Shown here one piece after another: positions 12,250-20,906 of a stretch of 32,000 bases of DNA. The notes beneath the pieces are model-generated. The model was not told the DNA's origin and did not search any database. It was given only the letters and a program-made list of their open reading frames with translations. The translations under genes were made by a program, and so were the position numbers. Source of the stretch: Escherichia coli (GTDB lineage: Bacteria > Pseudomonadota > Gammaproteobacteria > Enterobacterales > Enterobacteriaceae); assembly GCF_048571485.1 (NCBI RefSeq), contig NZ_CP074911.1. The stretch is one strand, 5' to 3'. Within the stretch, counting starts at the first letter, position 1. Each line of letters starts with the position of its first letter.

Positions 12250-13836
12250 TTAAGGGGTTTCCTGCGAGAATGAGTTGTAATAGTAAAAATCCATACTATC
12301 CTTCTCGAATTTTTTATTTACTTTATCAGAAACTGCTTGGCATTGCTTTTTAAGTTCGTTAAGATTAGTTGCGCGAATTAGTTTTTCAATATTGATTTCA
12401 TAATCATTAAATGTCATAGCGTTATTTTGATATGTAAAGGAGCCCCTGGCAACGCAAGTGAGGCAAATTGAAAAAGATGAGAAAATTAAAGGGATGGCGA
12501 TAAATATTCTTAATTCCTTTGAAGAGTCAATGTTATCATCGTGTTCTGGAATCTCTAAGCGAAGAGCTGGATAGCCGCCCGGAACCTTACTAATTAAGGT
12601 ATGCATCCTTTCAATATCTTTTTGTTTGCGAATTAATTCATTTATACTTACTTTACAATTTTTATCTACTCTAAAGTATGAAGCAACTTGTATCAAAGCC
12701 AAGGCTATCTGTTCTGCCTTTATTATTTCGTTAGTAATTGGATTCGCAGAAAATGAATTATCCGAGGCTAAAAAGGATGTCTCGTTACCCTCATTGTTTT
12801 TTATTGTTAACTTCAGATCTCCGCTTGGGGCATTTAATATCTTCATTAATAACAGTAATTCTCTAATGTCAGCTAAATGAAAAGGCTTATCATATGATTC
12901 AAAATCTATTTTCAATTTGTTATTTTTAATACCAACCAGTAAATCGAAAAAGTCCGAGCAAATTCTAAAGCTTGCCAGATCCCTTGGAGCATTAAGTGCA
13001 ATAGGAGAAACGAAAAATTCACACTTAAAAGAGACATCTTCTTTTTCATCTTCGAATATTATAGAGCCTGTTGAGAATGCTTCAACAGATCTTATTTCGA
13101 TTATTGCTTGTTCAGCTGTCAGTTCTTCCATCTGAAAATTAATATCAAATCGAGTATCCCAACCGCGAACATCTTTTACATTTATTCTGGTCGGATATCC
13201 AAGCGTGGCACTAATAAGAGACTTATAATCCTCATTATTATCAACTTTGAAATTGAATGCATAGCGGCTTTCGTTATATCCTACATTACCTAAATCTCTC
13301 AATTTATCTTCACTATATTTTTTCATTCCATGAGGAATATGTTTTTCAATAGCATTTTTGAGTGCATATTCATTAGTCAGGTCTATCTCATCCTCATCAG
13401 AGTAATTTACCGTGAAAGAAAGTTTGTGAAGTGGTGATTTTTTTCCTATATCATTTTGACGAATCCGCTTCAGAACCTGAAACATGATATCACTATTAAT
13501 GTGGACAAGGTAAGCTGATTCGATATTAGCATTCTTATTATAACGCGCAAAAAAGAAAAAACAGGGTAGAGGTGTGTCACAGAAACGTTTCATGTTAGAA
13601 AGTTTGACCTGTACACCTTTCTTTTCTCCGTCAGAAGACTTTATCTGCACTAAACATTGTATAGGCTGTTCATTCAAACTATTCAGTAAGGCTATACCAC
13701 CTAACAGAGGAAATTCGACAATGGCATCCCACCCTCCGGAATCATCCTCAGAGGAGCTGTTGTAAATCAAGCCAGATGCATTGCAAAGCCTGTCAAAATC
13801 ACCACGTCCCATATTACCAACTTTTCTTCGACTCAT
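12250..13836 (-). CDS. Large uncharacterised protein with an N-terminal DUF4365-like / PD-(D/E)xK-like nuclease signature
   Basis: 528-aa ORF. The N-terminus FDRLCNASGLIYNSSSEDDSGGWDAIVEFP...QCLVQIKSSDG shows a D...QxK arrangement as in Mrr/DUF4365-like folds. The C-terminal two thirds are unfamiliar. Confidence 0.65.
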   Translation of the reverse strand: MSRRKVGNMGRGDFDRLCNASGLIYNSSSEDDSGGWDAIVEFPLLGGIALLNSLNEQPIQCLVQIKSSDGEKKGVQVKLSNMKRFCDTPLPCFFFFARYNKNANIESAYLVHINSDIMFQVLKRIRQNDIGKKSPLHKLSFTVNYSDEDEIDLTNEYALKNAIEKHIPHGMKKYSEDKLRDLGNVGYNESRYAFNFKVDNNEDYKSLISATLGYPTRINVKDVRGWDTRFDINFQMEELTAEQAIIEIRSVEAFSTGSIIFEDEKEDVSFKCEFFVSPIALNAPRDLASFRICSDFFDLLVGIKNNKLKIDFESYDKPFHLADIRELLLLMKILNAPSGDLKLTIKNNEGNETSFLASDNSFSANPITNEIIKAEQIALALIQVASYFRVDKNCKVSINELIRKQKDIERMHTLISKVPGGYPALRLEIPEHDDNIDSSKELRIFIAIPLIFSSFSICLTCVARGSFTYQNNAMTFNDYEINIEKLIRATNLNELKKQCQAVSDKVNKKFEKDSMDFYYYNSFSQETP

Positions 13837-14125
13837 AAACTCATCCCTCTTTCATATGTACGATACTAGGTTTAGCTTACCCCAATGCAGGAAAAACTAT
13901 GAAGTGTCGGGCTGAAAAATATTAGCTTGATGCGCTTGCTTACAGGGGGCCAATGAGGATCAACTGTGGATACTCCCGAGTTGATTTTTAACGTCCCAAC
14001 GTATTTTTTCCGGAGCTCAAACCTTGAGCTCGTATTCACAATAATCACATTACCATCATGATTATTAAAAGTGTAACCGGCTCATTTAAACCGTCTGGTC
14101 TGTTTCCTCCGGCTCTACAAAAATA

Positions 14126-14803
14126 ATGTCCATCATTTTTAATGGACACTATCGTATGAAACACCGGACCTGGATCACTGAAGCTTTACGTCTTCACTTT
14201 GAAGAACATTTACCCCGGGTTGTGGCCGGGCGTCGCCTGGGTGTACCAAAATCAACAGTTTGTAGTATGTTCGTGCGCTTTCGGAGAGCTGGCCTTTCGT
14301 GGCCTTTGCCCGCAGGCATGTCGGAGCAGGAACTTGATGCCTGCCTTTACGGACAATTTTCCACGGTACCAGTCGTACGTCCTGAAAGCACCGTTATATC
14401 CGAAGCCCCCGTGGTAAAAAAACGTCCCCGGCGGCCCAACTTCCCTTATGAGTTTAAAATCGCCTTAGTGGAGCAGTCACTGCAGCCCGGAGCCTGTGTG
14501 GCGCAGATCGCCCGGGAAAACGGAATCAACGATAACCTGCTCTTCAACTGGCGCCATCAATACCGGAAAGGTGGCCTGCTGCCTTCCGGAAAAAATATGC
14601 CGGCACTGCTTCCCGTGACGTTAACGCCGGAGCCGGATAATAAAATCCCGGCCCCCGCACAGGAACCAGAGCAGATAAATACACCGTCCGACAGTCTGTG
14701 TTGTGAGCTGGTTCTGCCGGCCGGAACTCTCAGGCTTAAAGGTAAACTGACGCCGGCGTTATTACAGACACTTATCCGCGAAATAAAAGGGAGCAGCCAC
14801 TGA
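14126..14803 (+). CDS. tnpA: IS66-family accessory protein TnpA
   Basis: 225 aa with a helix-turn-helix region (...FKIALVEQSLQPGACVAQIARENGINDNLLFNWRHQYR...). Confidence 0.88.
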   Translation: MSIIFNGHYRMKHRTWITEALRLHFEEHLPRVVAGRRLGVPKSTVCSMFVRFRRAGLSWPLPAGMSEQELDACLYGQFSTVPVVRPESTVISEAPVVKKRPRRPNFPYEFKIALVEQSLQPGACVAQIARENGINDNLLFNWRHQYRKGGLLPSGKNMPALLPVTLTPEPDNKIPAPAQEPEQINTPSDSLCCELVLPAGTLRLKGKLTPALLQTLIREIKGSSH

Positions 14804-15150
14804 TGATATCTCTCCCTGCAGGTTCGCGTATCTGGCTGGTTGCAGGTATCACCGATATGCGAAATGGCTTTAACGGCCTGGCATCAAAAGTTCAGAACGT
14901 CCTGAAGGATGACCCGTTCTCCGGACACCTGTTCATCTTCCGCGGACGCCGGGGTGACCAGATAAAAGTGTTGTGGGCTGACAGTGACGGACTGTGCCTC
15001 TTCACCAAACGCCTGGAGCGGGGCCGCTTCGTCTGGCCAGTCACCCGTGACGGCAAGGTGCACCTTACTCCGGCTCAGTTATCCATGCTTCTTGAAGGTA
15101 TCAACTGGAAGCACCCGAAACGAACGGAACGCGCTGGAATCCGCATATAA
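14803..15150 (+). CDS. tnpB: IS66-family accessory protein TnpB (IS66 Orf2)
   Basis: MISLPAGSRIWLVAGITDMRNGFNGLASKVQ...; the start overlaps the tnpA stop. Confidence 0.93.
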   Translation: MISLPAGSRIWLVAGITDMRNGFNGLASKVQNVLKDDPFSGHLFIFRGRRGDQIKVLWADSDGLCLFTKRLERGRFVWPVTRDGKVHLTPAQLSMLLEGINWKHPKRTERAGIRI

Positions 15151-15169
15151 CCCGTTGTAAAGTGAGGAT

Positions 15170-16741
15170 ATGGACACCTCACTTGCTCATGAGAACGCCC
15201 GCCTGCGGGCACTGTTGCAGACGCAACAGGACACCATCCGCCAGATGGCTGAATACAACCGCCTGCTCTCACAGCGGGTGGCGGCTTATGCTTCCGAAAT
15301 CAACCGGCTGAAGGCGCTGGTTGCGAAACTGCAACGTATGCAGTTCGGTAAAAGCTCAGAAAAACTTCGTGCAAAAACCGAACGGCAGATACAGGAAGCA
15401 CAGGAGCGAATCAGCGCACTTCAGGAAGAAATGGCGGAAACGCTGGGTGAGCAATATGACCCGGTACTGCCATCCGCCCTGCGCCAGTCTTCAGCCCGTA
15501 AACCGTTACCGGCCTCACTTCCCCGTGAAACCCGGGTTATCCGGCCGGAAGAGGAATGCTGTCCTGCCTGTGGTGGTGAACTCAGTTCTCTGGGATGTGA
15601 TGTGTCAGAGCAACTGGAGCTTATCAGCAGCGCCTTTAAGGTTATCGAAACACAACGTCCGAAACAGGCCTGTTGCCGGTGCGACCATATCGTGCAGGCA
15701 CCAGTACCTTCAAAACCCATTGCACGCAGTTATGCCGGAGCGGGGCTTCTGGCCCATGTTGTCACCGGGAAATATGCAGACCATCTGCCGTTATACCGCC
15801 AGTCAGAAATATACCGTCGTCAGGGAGTGGAGCTGAGCCGTGCCACACTGGGGCGCTGGACAGGTGCTGTTGCTGAACTGCTGGAGCCGCTGTATGACGT
15901 CCTGCGCCAGTATGTGCTGATGCCCGGTAAAGTCCATGCTGATGATATCCCCGTCCCGGTCCAGGAGCCGGGCAGCGGTAAAACCCGGACAGCCCGGCTG
16001 TGGGTCTACGTCCGTGATGACCGTAACGCCGGTTCACAGATGCCCCCGGCGGTCTGGTTCGCGTACAGTCCGGACCGGAAAGGTATCCATCCACAAAATC
16101 ACCTGGCCGGTTACAGCGGTGTGCTTCAGGCCGATGCTTACGGTGGTTACCGGGCGTTATACGAATCCGGCAGAATAACGGAAGCCGCGTGTATGGCTCA
16201 TGCCCGGAGAAAAATCCACGATGTGCATGCAAGAGCGCCCACCTACATCACCACGGAAGCCCTGCAGCGTATCGGTGAACTGTATGCCATCGAGGCAGAG
16301 GTCCGGGGCTGTTCAGCAGAACAGCGTCTGGCGGCAAGAAAAGCCAGAGCCGCGCCACTGATGCAGTCACTGTATGACTGGATACAGCAACAGATGAAAA
16401 CACTGTCGCGTCACTCAGATACGGCAAAAGCGTTCGCATACCTGCTGAAACAGTGGGATGCACTGAACGTGTACTGCAGTAATGGCTGGGTGGAAATCGA
16501 CAACAACATCGCAGAGAACGCCTTACGGGGAGTGGCCGTAGGCCGGAAAAACTGGATGTTCGCGGGTTCCGACAGCGGTGGTGAACATGCGGCGGTGTTG
16601 TACTCGCTGATCGGCACATGCCGTCTGAACAATGTGGAGCCAGAAAAGTGGCTGCGTTACGTCATTGAACATATCCAGGACTGGCCGGCAAACCGGGTAC
16701 GCGATCTGTTGCCCTGGAAAGTTGATCTGAGCTCTCAGTAA
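15170..16741 (+). CDS. tnpC: IS66-family transposase TnpC
   Basis: 523-aa ORF with [36 protein letters not shown] and [27 protein letters not shown]. Confidence 0.96.
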   Translation: MDTSLAHENARLRALLQTQQDTIRQMAEYNRLLSQRVAAYASEINRLKALVAKLQRMQFGKSSEKLRAKTERQIQEAQERISALQEEMAETLGEQYDPVLPSALRQSSARKPLPASLPRETRVIRPEEECCPACGGELSSLGCDVSEQLELISSAFKVIETQRPKQACCRCDHIVQAPVPSKPIARSYAGAGLLAHVVTGKYADHLPLYRQSEIYRRQGVELSRATLGRWTGAVAELLEPLYDVLRQYVLMPGKVHADDIPVPVQEPGSGKTRTARLWVYVRDDRNAGSQMPPAVWFAYSPDRKGIHPQNHLAGYSGVLQADAYGGYRALYESGRITEAACMAHARRKIHDVHARAPTYITTEALQRIGELYAIEAEVRGCSAEQRLAARKARAAPLMQSLYDWIQQQMKTLSRHSDTAKAFAYLLKQWDALNVYCSNGWVEIDNNIAENALRGVAVGRKNWMFAGSDSGGEHAAVLYSLIGTCRLNNVEPEKWLRYVIEHIQDWPANRVRDLLPWKVDLSSQ

Positions 16742-16820
16742 ATATCAATACGGTTCTGACGAGTCGCTTACTTAAAAGTGAGATGTCAGCGATCATTACT
16801 AAAACGGTATACACATTCCT

Positions 16821-16960
16821 GCGCGCAATGCCCCGCCCGCCTGCCCGCTTCGCTTAACAGACTGGTTTTCATGCACCCCGTAAATCGTCTCAGAAGCCAC
16901 CACACAAGGGCTTTCGCGTCAAAAATGGCGCATGAGACTCATGCGTTTTCATGCGCCATA
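16821..16960. promoter_or_regulatory. Candidate satellite cos/packaging region
   Basis: A GC-rich tract, gcgcgcaatgccccgcccgcctgcccgc, is followed by repeated GTTTTCATGC[A/G]CC motifs (16865-16877 and 16945-16957) and an 11-bp inverted repeat. It sits distal to the late genes, where P4 carries cos. Confidence 0.35.
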
Positions 16961-17050
16961 GATATGCACTCATACGCTCTCAGGCCAGCCAGGAAAAAGG
17001 CGTAAAAAATCCCGGTACTGGACCGGGACTTCGTGGTCGTATTTTGCTAA

Positions 17051-17323
17051 TCAGACAGGAATTTGCTGACGGTTTGACAGCTTTGACGCGGAGCCATAGC
17101 GATTGAGAGTTTGCTGTTGTTTTTCCGGTATTTTTGCTTTGTCTGATTCCTGTTCATTGCACCGAGGCTTCATAATTATCGTATCCACGCTTTCCAGTGC
17201 GGTAAATGTGCAGGAACATTCCAGATTCTGGCACTGATACCATGAGCGTTTAACCGACGGAGCTTCATAGGCGCTGGTTCTGGCGTGAGCGACCGCGCCA
17301 CATTCAGGACACTTCAGGGCCAT
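17051..17323 (-). CDS. Ogr/Delta-like zinc-finger late transcription activator
   Basis: MALKCPECGAVAHARTSAYEAPSVKRSWYQCQNLECSCTFTALESVDTII..., with a CxxC...CxxxxC zinc finger. Start taken at 17323; the track ORF is longer. Confidence 0.88.
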   Translation of the reverse strand: MALKCPECGAVAHARTSAYEAPSVKRSWYQCQNLECSCTFTALESVDTIIMKPRCNEQESDKAKIPEKQQQTLNRYGSASKLSNRQQIPV

Positions 17324-17324
17324 A

Positions 17325-17879
17325 TCAGCACACTCCTTTTTCATTAAGTCGGTTAAGGCGGGCCAGGAAAACTTTATGTTGTGCCGGGGTGAAACTGGCT
17401 GAAGCATCAGCGCGCATTGATGCATCCACCGTTAATCCGGTTTCGTCGATAATGCTCTTATATGCTGCTGAAATTACCGGAGTACGCATTTCCGTTTGTC
17501 GGGCTACAGCGGTTCGTAATATTTTCATTGCCGCCTCAAGCCCGTATGGAGCGCAAAGAAAAGGAGCCAGAGCGTCAGTGAGTGCATCACCATGCTCGCT
17601 CATGAAGTTTTCCGTTGCGCTTGTAACACAACTCTCCAGCACAATCTGATGAGCATAAAGACCATCCCGTGCAGCACAGTTAATCTGCCATTCGAGGACT
17701 GCAAGACGCTCACGAAGATCCTCAAGCTGGCTGGCATATGCTGCCGGTTTTTCTTCAGTATCCAGCAGAGCCGCCAGACGAAGCTGGTAGGTACTTTGCG
17801 TATTACGTAGTGTCAGCCAGCTTTTTATCGCCGAGCGGTAATCGTTGAGTGCTTCCTGAGTAATGGTTCCGGCATTCAT
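17325..17879 (-). CDS. psu: Polarity suppression protein Psu-like
   Basis: 184 aa; the C-terminus FTPAQHKVFLARLNRLNEKGVC resembles P4 Psu; the start overlaps the sid stop. Confidence 0.78.
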   Translation of the reverse strand: MNAGTITQEALNDYRSAIKSWLTLRNTQSTYQLRLAALLDTEEKPAAYASQLEDLRERLAVLEWQINCAARDGLYAHQIVLESCVTSATENFMSEHGDALTDALAPFLCAPYGLEAAMKILRTAVARQTEMRTPVISAAYKSIIDETGLTVDASMRADASASFTPAQHKVFLARLNRLNEKGVC

Positions 17880-18628
17880 TTCTTCTCGCCCCCTTTAACC
17901 ATGTCACGCTGTTTAAGCATCCGTGAACGCGCTGCAGGGCTGGGGGATTGTCTGGCATCCTGGATGGCTTTATCGTCCGCATAAATGCTGATCCCCGGCA
18001 GGGTAATATCATCGGTTGAAGATACGTTACAGGACAGTGCCGGAGTGGTGAGTTGCTCGCTGATAAATTGCTTCAGCACACTTTCGGGGTCGTTTACGGT
18101 ATGAACTACACCGATAACAGCAGAAGCGCTTCGGCCCAGAGTCATTTTCAGCAGTCCAAGGATCTGAATAAGTTTCTGACCGTGTTCCTTCATAAACTCA
18201 TTCCAGAGCCACACTGCATGAGTTTCAATCAGGCGATTATGTTCGCTGATGTAGTGGTTTGCAGCATCCGCAGTTTTCCAGGGCAGGAATTCATTTTCTG
18301 CCGCCTGAGCTGCCAGCAAATCTTCGAACTCATCCAGTGTTTCGCGTCCGAGGGCGATTTCTGCCCGCAGTTTTTTCATGCGTGGCGTCATATTTCCCTG
18401 ATTCTCACGAAACAGGTTTCGCCATTCATCATTAAGCGCCTGCGTTTCCGTTTTTGTATCTTCCTGACGTTTACGGATAGTTTCAATCATTGCAGCAGCT
18501 TCAGTTTGTTTTCGTCGTTCTTCCTGCCAGACAGCTTTTGCTGCCTTAACTTTATCCACCGCTTCGCGAATTTTCGGTGGGAGGGAGGGTGTAATGTTTG
18601 CATCAGGGATCTGGTTAACAGTAGTCAT
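17876..18628 (-). CDS. sid: Capsid size determination protein Sid-like
   Basis: MTTVNQIPDANITPSLPPKIREAVDKVKAAKAVWQEERRKQ..., with P4 late-operon context. Start chosen at 18628 with an upstream GGAG; the track start is 18661. Confidence 0.75.
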   Translation of the reverse strand: MTTVNQIPDANITPSLPPKIREAVDKVKAAKAVWQEERRKQTEAAAMIETIRKRQEDTKTETQALNDEWRNLFRENQGNMTPRMKKLRAEIALGRETLDEFEDLLAAQAAENEFLPWKTADAANHYISEHNRLIETHAVWLWNEFMKEHGQKLIQILGLLKMTLGRSASAVIGVVHTVNDPESVLKQFISEQLTTPALSCNVSSTDDITLPGISIYADDKAIQDARQSPSPAARSRMLKQRDMVKGGEKK

Positions 18629-18781
18629 GACTGCTCCGGTAGTGTTTTGTTGTTGTGTCAATTGTGCCGGGGTCCATACAAGCGCACTACCGAGGAGGAT
18701 TGTGTCAGTGACTGAACAATGACCTTGTTCTGGCTAGCCAGAGAAAGGTGTCATGTCTGATCTACACGCTTCCTTTAATAC

Positions 18782-18996
18782 ATACTATTCACTACTGTTC
18801 ACTTCAATAAAAATATAGTAAATACATGTGGTTAAGTGGTGTAGTGTTTTAATTAAAGTGATCATCTACTGTTCATGACTGTTCACAGAGATAAAATTAA
18901 ACATATATTTCTTTTTCATATAAGTCGCGATATTTATTTCAGTTTATTACTGGATCTTTTCTCCTCACCAATATTCACCAGTATTCACCAGTATTC
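18782..18996. promoter_or_regulatory. Candidate P4-type replication origin (iterons)
   Basis: Repeated CTACTGTTCA(C/T) motifs at about 18792-18802 and 18867-18887, and a 10-bp tandem array CACCAATATT/CACCAGTATT/CACCAGTATT at 18966-18995, in the sid-vis gap. Confidence 0.5.
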
Positions 18997-19542
18997 AATA
19001 CATATTCTATGTAAAGAATAAAAGATGTCTTATGTCTGTTTAATAATTAAACATTCAACCTCCCTGCACTCAGTTGCATTTCAGGAAAATATTCATAAAA
19101 ATGAATTTGTCTGATGTTCATTAAACACATCCGGATACATGCGGAAGTAAGATGGTAATTTAATTTCTTTAATCATCGGATTTATTGATACATATGGTGA
19201 GCTGTTTATTTTTGGCCGTTTTGGCTCTTTTATTAATCAGGTGTTGTCTTAGTGCTTATGATGTAACGCCCTGAATGATATGGGCTGGTTCATATTTGAG
19301 CTGTGATCCTGCCTAGTGTAATAGACTTTTTTATTATTGATGCTCCTTATTATATTCCATAAAGGAATTGTTTGTTTTTGTTCGTTTCATACGGTTTTTA
19401 GCTGTTTTATTTTTTGAGAAATCAACATTTCACACAAAATAAATAAAGCATGCGCGAGCCGCTTATATAAACATAATAAGGAGCTACCTGAATCCGCATG
19501 GAATTGCCCGGACTGTTGTAAACATATTAGAGAGGTAGCCAG

Positions 19543-19803
19543 ATGAATAGTATTTCCGTTTCCACCCCGGCACCAGCTGCTCCGGTGCTCCCGGTTCCGG
19601 CTCAGCAGGAGCGCTTCATACGATTACCTGAAGTGATACACCTTTGCGGGCTATCCCGTTCAACCATCTACGACCTTATCAGCCGCGATGCCTTCCCGCA
19701 GCAGATATCCCTGGGTGGAAAAAATGTGGCCTGGGTACAGTCGGAGGTCAGTGCATGGATGGCGGCGCGAATTGCTGCCCGCGAGCAAGGAGGCCATGCG
19801 TGA
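19543..19803 (+). CDS. vis: AlpA/Vis-family transcriptional regulator
   Basis: ...[61 protein letters not shown]. Confidence 0.93.
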   Translation: MNSISVSTPAPAAPVLPVPAQQERFIRLPEVIHLCGLSRSTIYDLISRDAFPQQISLGGKNVAWVQSEVSAWMAARIAAREQGGHA

Positions 19804-19899
19804 AACTTGCTTTGCAGTCTCATCTTCTTTTTTCTGGCTTGCGTCCTGATATCTTTTCCAGGTATAGTTTTCCCGCTGCCGCAAAATCGGCTGCCGGGC

Positions 19900-20124
19900 G
19901 TAGGAACCCGAGTTACTTATTGGCGACACCAGACGCGCCGTGCGTCTTTTTTTACGTCGTTGCTCAGGCACACCCATTTTTCGGGCTGCGGTGCTTATAC
20001 CTTAGCCCCTTTCAGATAATGGTGGTCCGGGCGGGGCAGCCTTCGGGCTGGCCGGTTTCCAATAAGGCCGGTATTCCTACCCCCGTTCGGGTCACCACCC
20101 ATGAGCGTAGGAACTCCGGTGGTG
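19900..20124 (+). ncRNA. P4 CI-type immunity RNA / leader attenuation region
   Basis: GTAGGAA (19900-19906) and GTAGGAA (20107-20113) both complement TTCCTAC (20074-20080), the seqA/seqB/seqC layout of P4 immunity. Hairpins GGCCGG..CCGG and CACCACC...GGTGGTG (20093-20124) are present. Confidence 0.65.
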
Positions 20125-20156
20125 GCATTTACCGCTACTTATTGGAGGTTGCCCGT

Positions 20157-20348
20157 ATGGCTACGATCCTCGCCCCGTCACATCCTCAATTTATATTTGT
20201 TTTTGCCGCCGTTCGTCGTGCAGAACGTAAACCACGTATCAGTATGCTGCGTATCATCGCCAGCAATGAGCATCATGCACGTCTTTCACTGGTCCATGAG
20301 TATGTGCTTTGTCTTGCTGCTCGCCTGCCTGTCCGGGAGGTGATCTAA
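20157..20348 (+). CDS. Kil/Icd-like (host cell division inhibitor-like, Ash family) protein
   Basis: [63 protein letters not shown], conserved in P4-like elements; the stop overlaps the next start (TAATG). Confidence 0.72.
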   Translation: MATILAPSHPQFIFVFAAVRRAERKPRISMLRIIASNEHHARLSLVHEYVLCLAARLPVREVI

Positions 20349-20572
20349 TGAATCACGCCGCAATCTCTTATGACGATATTCTCCGCCTGAAGCATCTTCG
20401 TAACGTGGGAGAGTTTGTCACTGGAATGGCTGTTCTTCAGGATTGCTACGAAAAACCTGCCAGTGCTCAATGTGAACAACTGGTTTCCCTGATTTATCTG
20501 ATGACAGAGCAGCTTGATGGCGTGGTACAGCGTTGCCAGGATGACCTCATGAACATGGAGGTGGTGCAATGA
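20348..20572 (+). CDS. P4 epsilon-like derepression protein
   Basis: [57 protein letters not shown]..., by position and resemblance. Confidence 0.68.
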   Translation: MNHAAISYDDILRLKHLRNVGEFVTGMAVLQDCYEKPASAQCEQLVSLIYLMTEQLDGVVQRCQDDLMNMEVVQ

Positions 20573-20892
20573 AATCACGCACTCTTTCCCTTTCACTTCG
20601 GGTAGCGTTGTATCGCCGCGCGGTAGCCTGCGCCTGGTTGAGTGCCTGCTATCAGCAAAACCGCCATCTGCAGCTCACTCTGGATGAAATTGAAACCGCT
20701 ATTGCCCGTGAGCTTGAAGGATTTTATCTGCGACAGCACGGGCAAACAAAAGGCATGGAAATCGCCTGCGCCCTGCTTTCAGACCTGATGGAATACGGCC
20801 CTCTAATGTCCTGTCCCGCACTCTCCCAGCTCGGAATAGCCGTAATGGATGAGTTATGCGTCCGTCACATCAAAAAGCCGGTTTTACACTGA
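20569..20892 (+). CDS. P4 orf106-like protein
   Basis: 107 aa, [73 protein letters not shown]..., located between epsilon-like and alpha. Confidence 0.65.
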   Translation: MKSRTLSLSLRVALYRRAVACAWLSACYQQNRHLQLTLDEIETAIARELEGFYLRQHGQTKGMEIACALLSDLMEYGPLMSCPALSQLGIAVMDELCVRHIKKPVLH

Positions 20893-20906
20893 GGGAGAAC
20901 TGCGTC

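Larger units (their letters stand above)
14073..16771 (+). mobile_element. IS66-family insertion sequence, about 2.7 kb, apparently complete
   Basis: Imperfect terminal repeats GTAACCGGCTCATTTAAACCGT / GTAAGCGACTCGTCAGAACCGT (reverse complement of the right end), flanked by 8-bp duplications TTAAAAGT at 14065-14072 and 16772-16779. Confidence 0.93.

Noticed and set aside
15762-16619. Minus-strand ORFs of 156 and 123 aa within IS66
   Set aside because: Antisense to the well-conserved tnpC.
18053-18715. 220-aa + strand ORF over sid
   Set aside because: It is antisense to the sid-like gene, which fits the late operon with overlapping psu.
19644-20348. 234-aa + strand ORF taken at full length
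   Set aside because: It overlaps vis and runs through the immunity RNA. Only the C-terminal 63 aa from the ATG at 20157 resemble a conserved Kil/Icd-like protein.
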